64,000 nucleotides of DNA from Armatimonadota bacterium (lineage in GTDB: Bacteria; Armatimonadota; UBA5829; DTLH01). The notes beneath the pieces were generated by a model. The model was not told where the DNA came from and did not search any database. It saw only the letters and a program-made list of their open reading frames with translations. The translations under genes and the position numbers were made by a program. The stretch is from NCBI GenBank assembly GCA_038207085.1, contig JBBRAE010000014.1, positions 1-64,000 on the forward strand, given 5' to 3'. Positions 52,994 to 61,418 of the stretch are shown piece after piece; positions within the stretch are counted from its first letter, which is position 1; each line of letters starts with the position of its first letter.

Positions 52994-54007
52994 CTAGCAT
53001 ATCCTGTTGATGATCTGCCCGGCGATCGCCTTCAGGCTCTCTTTTGCTGTGGAATCGGCGAGCCCATCAAGCGATGACACCGCGCGCTCAACGCAGCTTC
53101 TAGCACGGTCGCGGGTCATCTCGACCGCTCCGGTGCGCTTGATAAGCTCGATGATGCGCTCGATCTCGTCGATAGGGAGAATGTCTTCTTTGATCGCGGC
53201 GCGCAGCCTGATTTGCTCGGGCTCGTCCATGCTGTCGAGCGCGAGGAGCACGGGAAGCGTCACTTTGCCGTCCTTGATGTCGTTTCCGACGGGTTTGCCG
53301 GTCACTGCGGGGTCGCCGATGATGTCCAAGAGGTCGTCAGTGAGCTGAAACGCGAGGCCTAGCTCCATCCCAAAGTCTGAAAGCGCCGTCTCAACCCCGT
53401 CATTTGCGCCTGAGAGGATAGCGCCGCACTTGCAGCAGGAAGCGAGGAACCCGGCGGTCTTGTGGCGGATGATGTTCCAGTAGTGCTCGCGCCACATATC
53501 GATATCACCCTCGCAGAGCGCCTGCAGCACTTCGCTTTCGCTCATGCGGTTGGTCATCTCGGCAAGGACGCTCAAAATCTTCTGGTCACCGTCTTTTGCA
53601 AGCAGAGAAAACGCTTTGGCGAGCATGCAGTCGCCGCTAAGGACGCTTACTTTGTTCCCCCAGAAAGCGTTTGCTGTCACCCGTCCGCGCCGTGATTCGG
53701 AGTTGTCGATCACGTCGTCGTGGATAAGGGAGGCCATATGAATAAGCTCGACGCTCGATGCGATAGGGGCGAGCCTGTCTTTAGGCTCGGACTGGCCCGA
53801 GGCAATCGCCGAGAGGATAACAAGCGCCGGTCGAAGTCTTTTGCCGCCGGCAGTGACGAGGTGCTTGGAGAGCTCGAATACCGTCGGCACGTCCGACCCG
53901 CAGCATTTCATAAGGAGCTGTTCGACCTCGGCGAGTTCCCCTGCAATAGAGGAATGCCAATCGACCCTCCCTGTCTCCCGTTCTGTGCGCTCCACGTGCG
54001 CCTTCAT
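52994..54007 (-). CDS. hepT: Polyprenyl (heptaprenyl/octaprenyl) diphosphate synthase
   Basis: GGKRLRP, ELIH.ASLIHDDVID...RRG, KTA, FQL.DD.LD, GK.TLP. Confidence 0.9.
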   Translation of the reverse strand: MKAHVERTERETGRVDWHSSIAGELAEVEQLLMKCCGSDVPTVFELSKHLVTAGGKRLRPALVILSAIASGQSEPKDRLAPIASSVELIHMASLIHDDVIDNSESRRGRVTANAFWGNKVSVLSGDCMLAKAFSLLAKDGDQKILSVLAEMTNRMSESEVLQALCEGDIDMWREHYWNIIRHKTAGFLASCCKCGAILSGANDGVETALSDFGMELGLAFQLTDDLLDIIGDPAVTGKPVGNDIKDGKVTLPVLLALDSMDEPEQIRLRAAIKEDILPIDEIERIIELIKRTGAVEMTRDRARSCVERAVSSLDGLADSTAKESLKAIAGQIINRIC

Positions 54008-54717
54008 CGCTTGATACCCATATGTATACAGACAAGACCGAGCATCAGGGCGCGACTCGTCACTTGCACAAGCCCACACTCCCGAAACACCTCGGCCAAC
54101 TCCTCTCTTGAATGGAACCTTGCCACCGATTGCGGCAGATAATCGTACGGTTCCCGCTCAGCGCCGAACGCTTGCGCGATCTTCGGCATAATCTTAAAGA
54201 AATACAACCGCCAAAGCGGTGTGATAACCAGCCTGGTCGGCCTGACCATCTCAAGTGATACTACCCGTCCGCCCGGCTTTGTTACCCTTGTCATTTCAGC
54301 GATAGTCGCCGGGACGCTTGCGACGTTCCGAAGAGCAAACCCGATCGTCGCGCAGTCAAAGGTGTCAGGCTCAAACGGCAGATGCTCCGCGTTCGCCTCC
54401 ACAAGCTCAATCGCCTCGTATGGCGCGACTTTGGGAGCCGCAAGATCGAGCATGGGACGGCAAAAATCTGATGCGACGACTCTGCCGGACTCTTTTACCG
54501 CCCGCGCAAGGTCGATTGCGAAGTCCCCTGTCCCCGTAGCGACATCAATCGCCGAGTCCCCGGGACAAAGCTCAAGCATAGCAACGGCCGTACGTCGCCA
54601 TTTCTTGTGTCTACCAAGGCTGATAACGCTGTTCAGCAGGTCGTATTTGGGAGCAATCGCAGCAAAAAGCCGGTTGACGTACCGTTCTTTCTCGCTGCCC
54701 GCGAGCTTTTCCTGCAA
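54004..54717 (-). CDS. menG: Demethylmenaquinone methyltransferase
   Basis: F..IA.KYDLLN.VISLG.H..WR, DVATGTGD, LPF...FD..TIGFALRNV; TTG start 54717 with GGAGG SD. Confidence 0.93.
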   Translation of the reverse strand: MQEKLAGSEKERYVNRLFAAIAPKYDLLNSVISLGRHKKWRRTAVAMLELCPGDSAIDVATGTGDFAIDLARAVKESGRVVASDFCRPMLDLAAPKVAPYEAIELVEANAEHLPFEPDTFDCATIGFALRNVASVPATIAEMTRVTKPGGRVVSLEMVRPTRLVITPLWRLYFFKIMPKIAQAFGAEREPYDYLPQSVARFHSREELAEVFRECGLVQVTSRALMLGLVCIHMGIKR

Positions 54718-54837
54718 ACCTGCCTCCGGAGTTGAAAATGAGCGGAAAGTCCCTCGGTGGAACCTGAAATCGTCTGTCTGCTCTTCTATACCCAATACTG
54801 TATCAGAGCTGAACCATGGCAGCCGAGCATCGTCTGC

Positions 54838-54867
54838 ATTATAGCTTTTCCAGGGTAGATAAGTCAA
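54838..54867 (-). promoter_or_regulatory. Sigma70 promoter of menG-hepT
   Basis: TTGACT-18 nt-TATAAT on the minus strand. Confidence 0.7.
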
Positions 54868-54909
54868 TTTGCTGTGTGACGAACAGCACGAATGGGGTGG
54901 GGGGTTATG

Positions 54910-55016
54910 TGGAGTGCGACATCTCGATGTCGCTTTGTCTTCCGACTATAGATAACTTCTCACCCGAGGAACTATCAGTAATCGTAGAACAAAGCGACAT
55001 CTAGCCGCCGCACTCC
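54910..55016. repeat. REPIN-like long inverted repeat (GGAGTGCG...CGCTTTG family)
   Basis: GGAGTGCGACATCTCGATGTCGCTTTG ... CAAAGCGACATCTAGCCGCCGCACTCC. Confidence 0.7.
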
Positions 55017-55030
55017 CAAATAGCAAAGCT

Positions 55031-55501
55031 TTACATCCCGTTGCCGGGACCGGAGCCGTCGTCGACGGTGTCGGATCCGTTGCGGTGGACGGGTTCGGAA
55101 ATCGGGCCGGAATGGTTGGTGCGCGGGGCCGAAAGCGGCGTGTTTGGGTTTGGCGTCACCGAAGGAGTATAGTTTGGCTGTGTAGATGGCGCTGTTGGCT
55201 GCTGTTTTTGTGTAGTAGTCGGCGGGACGTAGGTCCCAACGCCGCCGGAGTTTCCACCGGGTCCGCCCTGCTTCGCAAACACCAGGAAATACGCGGCGAG
55301 GAAGATCACTATCGCTGCGGCAGCGACTATTATCATCATCATCGAGCGGTCTTTGGACTGCTGCGCGACCTTTGTGTCCTGCGCCTTATCGCTGGCCTTG
55401 CGCTTCTTCGCGGCCTCTGTGGCTTGCATTACATCTTTAAGAAGATCGCTTCCAAGTTCAATATGTTCGCTATCGTCGAAGTTTAGTCGGTTGTCGTTCA
55501 T
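55031..55501 (-). CDS. Hypothetical single-TM protein with Pro/Thr-rich tail
   Basis: One hydrophobic helix, low-complexity C-terminus. Confidence 0.6.
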   Translation of the reverse strand: MNDNRLNFDDSEHIELGSDLLKDVMQATEAAKKRKASDKAQDTKVAQQSKDRSMMMIIVAAAAIVIFLAAYFLVFAKQGGPGGNSGGVGTYVPPTTTQKQQPTAPSTQPNYTPSVTPNPNTPLSAPRTNHSGPISEPVHRNGSDTVDDGSGPGNGM

Positions 55502-55648
55502 GTTCAGGCCTCTTCTATCCGAGTCTCAAATCTATTCTATCATACCGCACATGCCCCGCAGGTTCAACTGTTCAGTTCTTAAAATGTGTGGAAATGAAGG
55601 AAAGCAGGTGGGCGAGGAGTAAGAATATTCTGGAGGGATTGTTCGCGA

Positions 55649-56359
55649 ATGGGTGATTTCAAGTTCTCCCGCAACCAACAGCTTGCAATACTGGCGCTTG
55701 TCGCACTTGCCTTGATCGGTTTTGCGGTCGGCAAGATGAGAAGCGGGCGCGCAGATATGCTCTCTGAAGGCGGGATATCGGTTACGGACCGCGAAAGCGG
55801 CGGGGTAGAGGTGGACGCCTCGGGCGAGATGCCAAGGTACTCACGTGACGGCGATATGCCGACCGTTATGGTCCACGTCGCCGGGTGCGTCAAGAATAGC
55901 GGCGTCTACTCACTTCCGGCCGGAAGCCGTGTGGTCGACGCCGTCAAAGCTGCGGGCGGACAGACATCCGAGGCCGATATGGACGCTATCAACCTTGCTG
56001 CCAGGCTGAAAGACGGCGAAAAAGTCATCGTGCCGTCAAGCCAACCCGTCGCGCCGCCTCCCGCGAACGTTCAGTTCTCCCTGCCCACGAGTGGAAGTTA
56101 CCAGTCGGGGACCGCGCAGCCTTCGCAAACTCCCAGAGCGGGATACGCAGTTCCTCAAGCCGGCTCTACGATGGTTAATATCAATACGGCTGGCCCTTCA
56201 GACCTCGACCGGCTCCCGGGAGTCGGCCCGTCTACCGCGCAGAAAATCATGGAGTATCGCACCCGCGTCGGCCGCTTCAGCTCTGTGGAGCAGCTTCTTG
56301 AGGTGAAGGGTATCGGCCCGAAGAAGCTCGAACAGATGCGTCCTTTTGTGACGCTCTGA
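55649..56359 (+). CDS. comEA: Competence DNA-binding protein
   Basis: TM, SLBB (VHVAG.V...GVY.LP.GSRV.DA), HhH (ININTA....L..LPGVGP, L.EVKGIGPK). Confidence 0.95.
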   Translation: MGDFKFSRNQQLAILALVALALIGFAVGKMRSGRADMLSEGGISVTDRESGGVEVDASGEMPRYSRDGDMPTVMVHVAGCVKNSGVYSLPAGSRVVDAVKAAGGQTSEADMDAINLAARLKDGEKVIVPSSQPVAPPPANVQFSLPTSGSYQSGTAQPSQTPRAGYAVPQAGSTMVNINTAGPSDLDRLPGVGPSTAQKIMEYRTRVGRFSSVEQLLEVKGIGPKKLEQMRPFVTL

Positions 56360-56592
56360 AGGGGGAAATGCTGTTCCTCGCCTCTGTTATGTCCCTCTTG
56401 TTTTGGCATGTCTCCAGAATTTTCACATTCTTCCGATAATTCCATTTGGAATAGCCGGTGAAATCACGGGTGCCAGCCAGGATGGCAGGCGATGCCGCGA
56501 TTTTGCTTTTGGAGATTGCCGGATGCTTGCCCGCAGCCCAGTCAGTATCCTAAGGCTTATCCCATTTAGTGTTATTGCAAGGAGGCATAATC

Positions 56593-57141
56593 TTGAGCAA
56601 GCGACTGACAATTATCTCGATGGTCTTGGTCGCCATCGCGATTTTGGGGCCACCGTCTTTTGCAGCTGTCACAGTGACACTGCCGAACACGGCTCAGACC
56701 ACCACTCTCACTGCAACTGTCAGTGAGCAGTGTACCGTTGATGTGCCCGCAGGCGTCACATTTAACGTGGAAGATATCTCGAGCGCAACCGTAGCAAGCG
56801 GCGCAAGCGTAAGCATGACAGCAATCGCACTTGCCACGGCTACCAAGCAGCTCAAAGTGTCCGTGCAGGCTGGTGCTGCTGCCTTTACCCCTCCAGTGGG
56901 TGGAGCGGTCACGTGGTCGGCTTCGGACGTATCGTGGAACGCGGCAACGTGGACCAACGGCACCGGAGCATCCGGGACGCTATCGAACGCAAGCTATACA
57001 GCGGTCGCAACGGCTGATGCCGACGCGGCTACCACCACGACTGCGGACCTCGTCTTCACACTCGACCCCAAAGGCACGGTGAAGCGATCCGGTAACCATA
57101 CTCTTACGATCAGCTGGAAGTTCGAGTCGATCGGCGCTTAA
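56593..57141 (+). CDS. Secreted pilin/WxL-like subunit A (putative major subunit)
   Basis: Signal peptide, Thr/Ala/Ser-rich beta protein, C-terminal SGNHTLTISWKF. Confidence 0.7.
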   Translation: MSKRLTIISMVLVAIAILGPPSFAAVTVTLPNTAQTTTLTATVSEQCTVDVPAGVTFNVEDISSATVASGASVSMTAIALATATKQLKVSVQAGAAAFTPPVGGAVTWSASDVSWNAATWTNGTGASGTLSNASYTAVATADADAATTTTADLVFTLDPKGTVKRSGNHTLTISWKFESIGA

Positions 57142-57163
57142 GAGAGTTATTCGAAAAATAGCT

Positions 57164-57194
57164 AGGGGGATCAGGGCAACTTGGTCCCCCTTTT
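57164..57194 (+). terminator. Intra-operon hairpin/terminator after subunit A
   Basis: AGGGGGATCAGG-gcaa-CTTGGTCCCCCT-TTT. Confidence 0.7.
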
Positions 57195-57221
57195 GTAGAG
57201 AAATTGGGAGGTGCACGCGAG

Positions 57222-58061
57222 ATGCATCGTTTTTTTTCAACACGAAACCTGGTAATTCTGCTTGGGACACTGAGTGTGGCCAGCGCCTGGGGCATCAGCT
57301 TTATGTCGACTCTTGAGTCGATCAAGGTCGAAGTCAGCCCCGGGCAGGTCGTGAACAGCACTACCCAGCTCACTCTTTCGGACAAAGAGGCCAGGACCCA
57401 CTTCAAGGCGCGAGTCGAGGACTGGTGGAAGAACGAAGACGGTACGCAGTCTTTTTATCGTGAGCCGGGCGGAAGCGACGCCCCCAAACGCTCGTGTGCG
57501 CGTTGGGTGAAGCTGAACCCTGTGGAGGCTGCGGTCGACCCCGGAGGCACGCTTCAAGTCCGGGTGACGATCGAGGTCCCAAAGGACGCCAAACCCGGCG
57601 GCTATTGGTGTGCTCTAACGATAGACGAGGTTCCCGATCCGCTTTCAGCGCCTCAAGGCGTCGGTGCAAGGTTCGTCGCATCGGTTTCGACGGGGATATT
57701 TGTCTATATTACTCCGGTAAAGCGCTCGGCGAAGATCGTAGAACTCAAGATAGGCAAAAACTCGGCGAGCGTTAAGCTCCTGAATGACGGCGACTGCCCG
57801 ATCGGGGCCGAAGGCCGGTTCGAGTTCACACGCCCGGGGGAGAAGATCCCTGCCGCGGTGGTAGTCATTCCGCGCACTTCTATTCTGCCTGAACCTGTCA
57901 ACACTGGCATCATCAATGTAAAGCTTTCTGATGCGACTACGCTTCCATCCGGTCGCTATCTTGTTCGCACCATTCTGGACATTGGGCTCGATCACTATAT
58001 CGGTGCTCAGAAGGAAATGGATATAAACCGTGGAGAGGTCGTGCAGGTCAAGGGCAAGTAA
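57222..58061 (+). CDS. Two-Ig-domain fimbrial chaperone-like (PapD/DUF916-like) protein
   Basis: Signal peptide; VSPG, V.DW...DG, SCA.WV...P....V.PG....VRVTI.VP....PG.YW, N.G, LP.G.Y. Confidence 0.72.
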   Translation: MHRFFSTRNLVILLGTLSVASAWGISFMSTLESIKVEVSPGQVVNSTTQLTLSDKEARTHFKARVEDWWKNEDGTQSFYREPGGSDAPKRSCARWVKLNPVEAAVDPGGTLQVRVTIEVPKDAKPGGYWCALTIDEVPDPLSAPQGVGARFVASVSTGIFVYITPVKRSAKIVELKIGKNSASVKLLNDGDCPIGAEGRFEFTRPGEKIPAAVVVIPRTSILPEPVNTGIINVKLSDATTLPSGRYLVRTILDIGLDHYIGAQKEMDINRGEVVQVKGK

Positions 58062-60306
58062 GCTCATTGTCCTGACTACAATTCCATTAGTCCTCCTGGG
58101 GGTTGTTACGCTCGTTCACGCGTCCGGCCAGGCCTCCTGGCGAATAACCCTGCACGGGACGGATATCACAGCCGCCTGCGCGCCTATCGACCGGGGCGCC
58201 CTGCCATCCATCAACGTCTCCTCAATTGCCCCAGCGCTCGGGCTCACTGTCAGGTGCGAGGCGGGTGCTGTTACCATCATCGACACCTCCGGCTCTGAGT
58301 GGAAAGCCAGAAATGGCGCGATCACCTTTGAATCCGGCGTAAAGTCGGTTCGAATGTCGTGTCCACTGCTCTTGCAGGGAACCGCGGCGTACGCCTCCGT
58401 GGATGCGGTGGCCGAGCTTGCAGGGCTCAAATATTCCATAGGCTCAGTCGCCCGGCGCATTGAACTCAGCTCAAAGTTGAAGTCCCAGGGTGCGGTCGCC
58501 GACGGATGGGAGTCGTTCACACTCGCCAAATCCTTGACGGAAAAGCGCGATGGCGACGTCTATTCCCCATCCCAGACCTATCTCGGCCGGGGCAGAGAAC
58601 AGGACCTCAAACTACCGGCAACCCGTGAGAGTTTGCACGCAAGTTACGGTCTGGGTTACGTGCAGGACGCTCCCTTTGGTGGGGATTTTTCGCTGTATGG
58701 AAAACTGCGCGGGCAGGAGATCACTCTAGGCACGACGTTCGCTGTGAAAAACGGTGGACTTCGTACCCAGAGTGGGCGCTTGTCGCTCTATGACAGGGAA
58801 TATGGCTGGGGGGCTGAGGCCGGAGAACTATACACCGAGATTTGGGGAACTTCCAAGGGCCTGCGCTACTCCTGGCAGGGCAGAGGTGACAGATGGCCGT
58901 CCTTTTCAATCTATTTTAACGGAAACGGGCACAAACCGGTCGTTTCTTACAGGGACGAGCTTAGCCTCGGCAAACTCGCGGGGTTTGGCGGCGAGATCGC
59001 AAGCGACGGCTCGGTGCTGCTGCGTTCCAGGTTCGACGACGGCAAGTTCGGTCTGTTTAGCTATGTCAGAAACACCCCGGCGCGCACGGGTGACGGAAGC
59101 GGCGCGTTCGCATCGATCAATATCGGCGGTGGGCTGAGTCTGTATAGTTCGATCAGCCGGTCGAACGACTCCGACGGCGAGCGTTTGTGGCGGAGCATTT
59201 CGCTTCGAATTCCTATCAGAAGAGAGATGGATCTGATCTTGGAGAGGTCCACGAACGGCACCAGTCGCGGCAGAGAAGGCACTGACGCGGCGATGCTCAC
59301 CATCCCCATTGGTCCGCTCCGGGTGATGTCGCGATATGAAAACCGAAACAGCGGGCGGATAGGCCTGCTTCCTTACAGCGGCTGGTCCGGTCTTGCGAGC
59401 AAAGAGATGATGACCTCCGCACTCTACAACGCGACCCCCAAGCTTGGCCTGGACCTGCAAATGAACACACGTTGGGCAGGGGGCGACGGTCAGCAGTGGC
59501 GTCAGCTCATAAGCACCTACCGCGTCAGCCCATCGACCCAGGTAGAAGCCTTCAGCGCGTTTCCCAAAGTGCTCGACCTGGATCAGACGAGACTGCGACT
59601 CACGCACGATCTGAGCGATGGCCGTTCCCTTGCTATGGACTACGGCAGGCTTTCTCCCACATCAAGCGTAGGTGAGAAGAGCCCGCGCGTGCTGCGGATT
59701 CTTATGCAGAAGAAGTGGAACCTGGGCGCTCCCGCACGGGGCGGACGAGTCCATGGAGTCGTCGCCGATCAAGGAGGCCGAGGGCTTCCAGGTGTTATAG
59801 TCAAGCTCGGCAAGTATCAGGCACTTACGGACAAAGACGGCAAGTATTCTATCAGATGCGTTCCATCGGGCAGCTACAAGATATCGATCGACACTGCCAG
59901 CCTGCCCGCCGATTATGCTCAGGGAACTGGTGAGAAGACGCTTGAGATCGACGCTAAAAGCCGCATCGAGCAGGACTTCTCTGTTGTGCCGTTGAACTCA
60001 ATCGAGGGCAGAGTGTTCCTCGACAAGGACGGAGACGACACCTGCGACGCCGGCGAAGGAGTCGATGGCGTCGTTGTTCGCCGAGGTGAGGCGGCCACGA
60101 TGAGCGGCGAGGACGGCGAGTTCGGTTTCTACAACGTCGAGCCGGGCAGTTACACAATAGAAGTCGATCCTGAGAGGGTTCCAGACGGTTATCAGTTGAT
60201 CGACGGAGCATCAAAGACCACCGTTGAGCTTCAACCGTCTCGTGCGGCCGAAGTAACGCTCAGAATCGAGATGCGGGTCAAACCGATCGTGTTTCAGGAT
60301 TTGTAG
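58030..60306 (+). CDS. Usher-like outer-membrane protein with C-terminal CarboxypepD_reg/SdrD-B-like domains
   Basis: Signal peptide, amphipathic beta-strand core, GRVHGVV.D..G.GLPGV.V and I.GRVFLD.DGD...D.GEG repeats. Confidence 0.6.
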   Translation: MERSCRSRASKLIVLTTIPLVLLGVVTLVHASGQASWRITLHGTDITAACAPIDRGALPSINVSSIAPALGLTVRCEAGAVTIIDTSGSEWKARNGAITFESGVKSVRMSCPLLLQGTAAYASVDAVAELAGLKYSIGSVARRIELSSKLKSQGAVADGWESFTLAKSLTEKRDGDVYSPSQTYLGRGREQDLKLPATRESLHASYGLGYVQDAPFGGDFSLYGKLRGQEITLGTTFAVKNGGLRTQSGRLSLYDREYGWGAEAGELYTEIWGTSKGLRYSWQGRGDRWPSFSIYFNGNGHKPVVSYRDELSLGKLAGFGGEIASDGSVLLRSRFDDGKFGLFSYVRNTPARTGDGSGAFASINIGGGLSLYSSISRSNDSDGERLWRSISLRIPIRREMDLILERSTNGTSRGREGTDAAMLTIPIGPLRVMSRYENRNSGRIGLLPYSGWSGLASKEMMTSALYNATPKLGLDLQMNTRWAGGDGQQWRQLISTYRVSPSTQVEAFSAFPKVLDLDQTRLRLTHDLSDGRSLAMDYGRLSPTSSVGEKSPRVLRILMQKKWNLGAPARGGRVHGVVADQGGRGLPGVIVKLGKYQALTDKDGKYSIRCVPSGSYKISIDTASLPADYAQGTGEKTLEIDAKSRIEQDFSVVPLNSIEGRVFLDKDGDDTCDAGEGVDGVVVRRGEAATMSGEDGEFGFYNVEPGSYTIEVDPERVPDGYQLIDGASKTTVELQPSRAAEVTLRIEMRVKPIVFQDL

Positions 60307-60313
60307 AGAAAGG

Positions 60314-60793
60314 GTGAATCAGAGCATGCGGGTTGCTACATACATACTTGTTGCCGCAGCGGTTCTTGTATCGCTTGCTGTGGTGGAGACGCGCGCGGAC
60401 TCGGTGCAGGTTGATATCGTCGGCCCCACCTTCAACTACACGGATCTGGCATCAACCTCTTCGTGTACGACGACCCTTGCGTTTCGAAACGCCGATCTTG
60501 GGCCTGGTAGAAGAGTGCGAATCAGCGTGCGAGCCGCCGCAATCAACTTCAGCTGTGCAAACGGCGGAGTGAACGTGCCGTGCTCGAACGTTTCGTGGAC
60601 GACATCCGGCGCGGTCAACTGCTCAGGCAGCAGCGGCACGATGGATTCTCTGTCCTACATCACCGTATTAACCGGTAACGCCGACGCAACCAGCGGTTCG
60701 GTGGACGTCAACTGGAACCTCGACCCACTGACGGCAGGGGTTGTGGCCTACAGCCACACCTTGTCGTTTACCTACCTGGTCGAGATCATCTAA
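60314..60793 (+). CDS. Secreted pilin-like subunit B
   Basis: Signal peptide; R.RISVRAA...F, V.W, G.SGTM, HTLSFTY; diverged paralog of A and C. Confidence 0.65.
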   Translation: MNQSMRVATYILVAAAVLVSLAVVETRADSVQVDIVGPTFNYTDLASTSSCTTTLAFRNADLGPGRRVRISVRAAAINFSCANGGVNVPCSNVSWTTSGAVNCSGSSGTMDSLSYITVLTGNADATSGSVDVNWNLDPLTAGVVAYSHTLSFTYLVEII

Positions 60794-60808
60794 TTGGAGG
60801 CGGGTTTG

Positions 60809-61363
60809 ATGAGCAGTCGCTTTGTGACCATCGTGCTGATGTCGGTTCTGATAGCTCTAATGCTTCAGAACGCGGCGTTTGGCGTCTGGTTCGACGTGAC
60901 CGGTTCCTCCCAGAGCTTTGGCTCGGTGGCGACGTTCAACTTGTCAGAGCAGTGTGTGATAGAGCTGCCTTCAAGCGTCACTTTTGTCGTTACCAACCTC
61001 AGCACATCGACAAGCGCCCCTGCGGTCTCGATCGACATCAGCAACATCGCGCTTGCAAGCGCGACCAAGCAGCTCAAGCTCTCGGTCAGAGCAAACTCCG
61101 CCGAGTTCACACCTCCCACTCCTGGCGCGACGACGTGGGAAGCAGCCGATGTCACATGGAACGCGGGCGTATGCAGCGGTGCCGAAGGCTCAAGCGGGAC
61201 GATGTCCGGCTCAGGTTTCAACACCGTCGCAACCGTGACTGCGGGCGAGGCGTCGGCGTCCACTGCGGGCCTTGTCTTCACGCTCGATGCAAAGTCCTCG
61301 GTCAAGCGCTCCGGCAACCACACGCTCACTATCACCTGGAAGGTCGAAGCAATCGGCGCGTAG
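60809..61363 (+). CDS. Secreted pilin/WxL-like subunit C
   Basis: Close paralog of A: SEQC, IALA.ATKQLK.SV.A, FTPP, TW.A.DV.WNA, LVFTLD.K..VKRSGNHTLTI.WK.E.IGA. Confidence 0.72.
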   Translation: MSSRFVTIVLMSVLIALMLQNAAFGVWFDVTGSSQSFGSVATFNLSEQCVIELPSSVTFVVTNLSTSTSAPAVSIDISNIALASATKQLKLSVRANSAEFTPPTPGATTWEAADVTWNAGVCSGAEGSSGTMSGSGFNTVATVTAGEASASTAGLVFTLDAKSSVKRSGNHTLTITWKVEAIGA

Positions 61364-61418
61364 TCGGGTTATATTCTATACTCTACGTCATTCTACGTCG
61401 ACCGCCTGCCCGATCCTG

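Noticed and set aside
54718..54867. N-terminal extension of MenG in the ORF track
   Set aside because: The upstream TTG is the -35 box; a GGAGG-supported TTG lies at 54717
56360..56592. c-di-GMP riboswitch before the fimbrial operon
   Set aside because: Some pairing potential but no recognisable consensus
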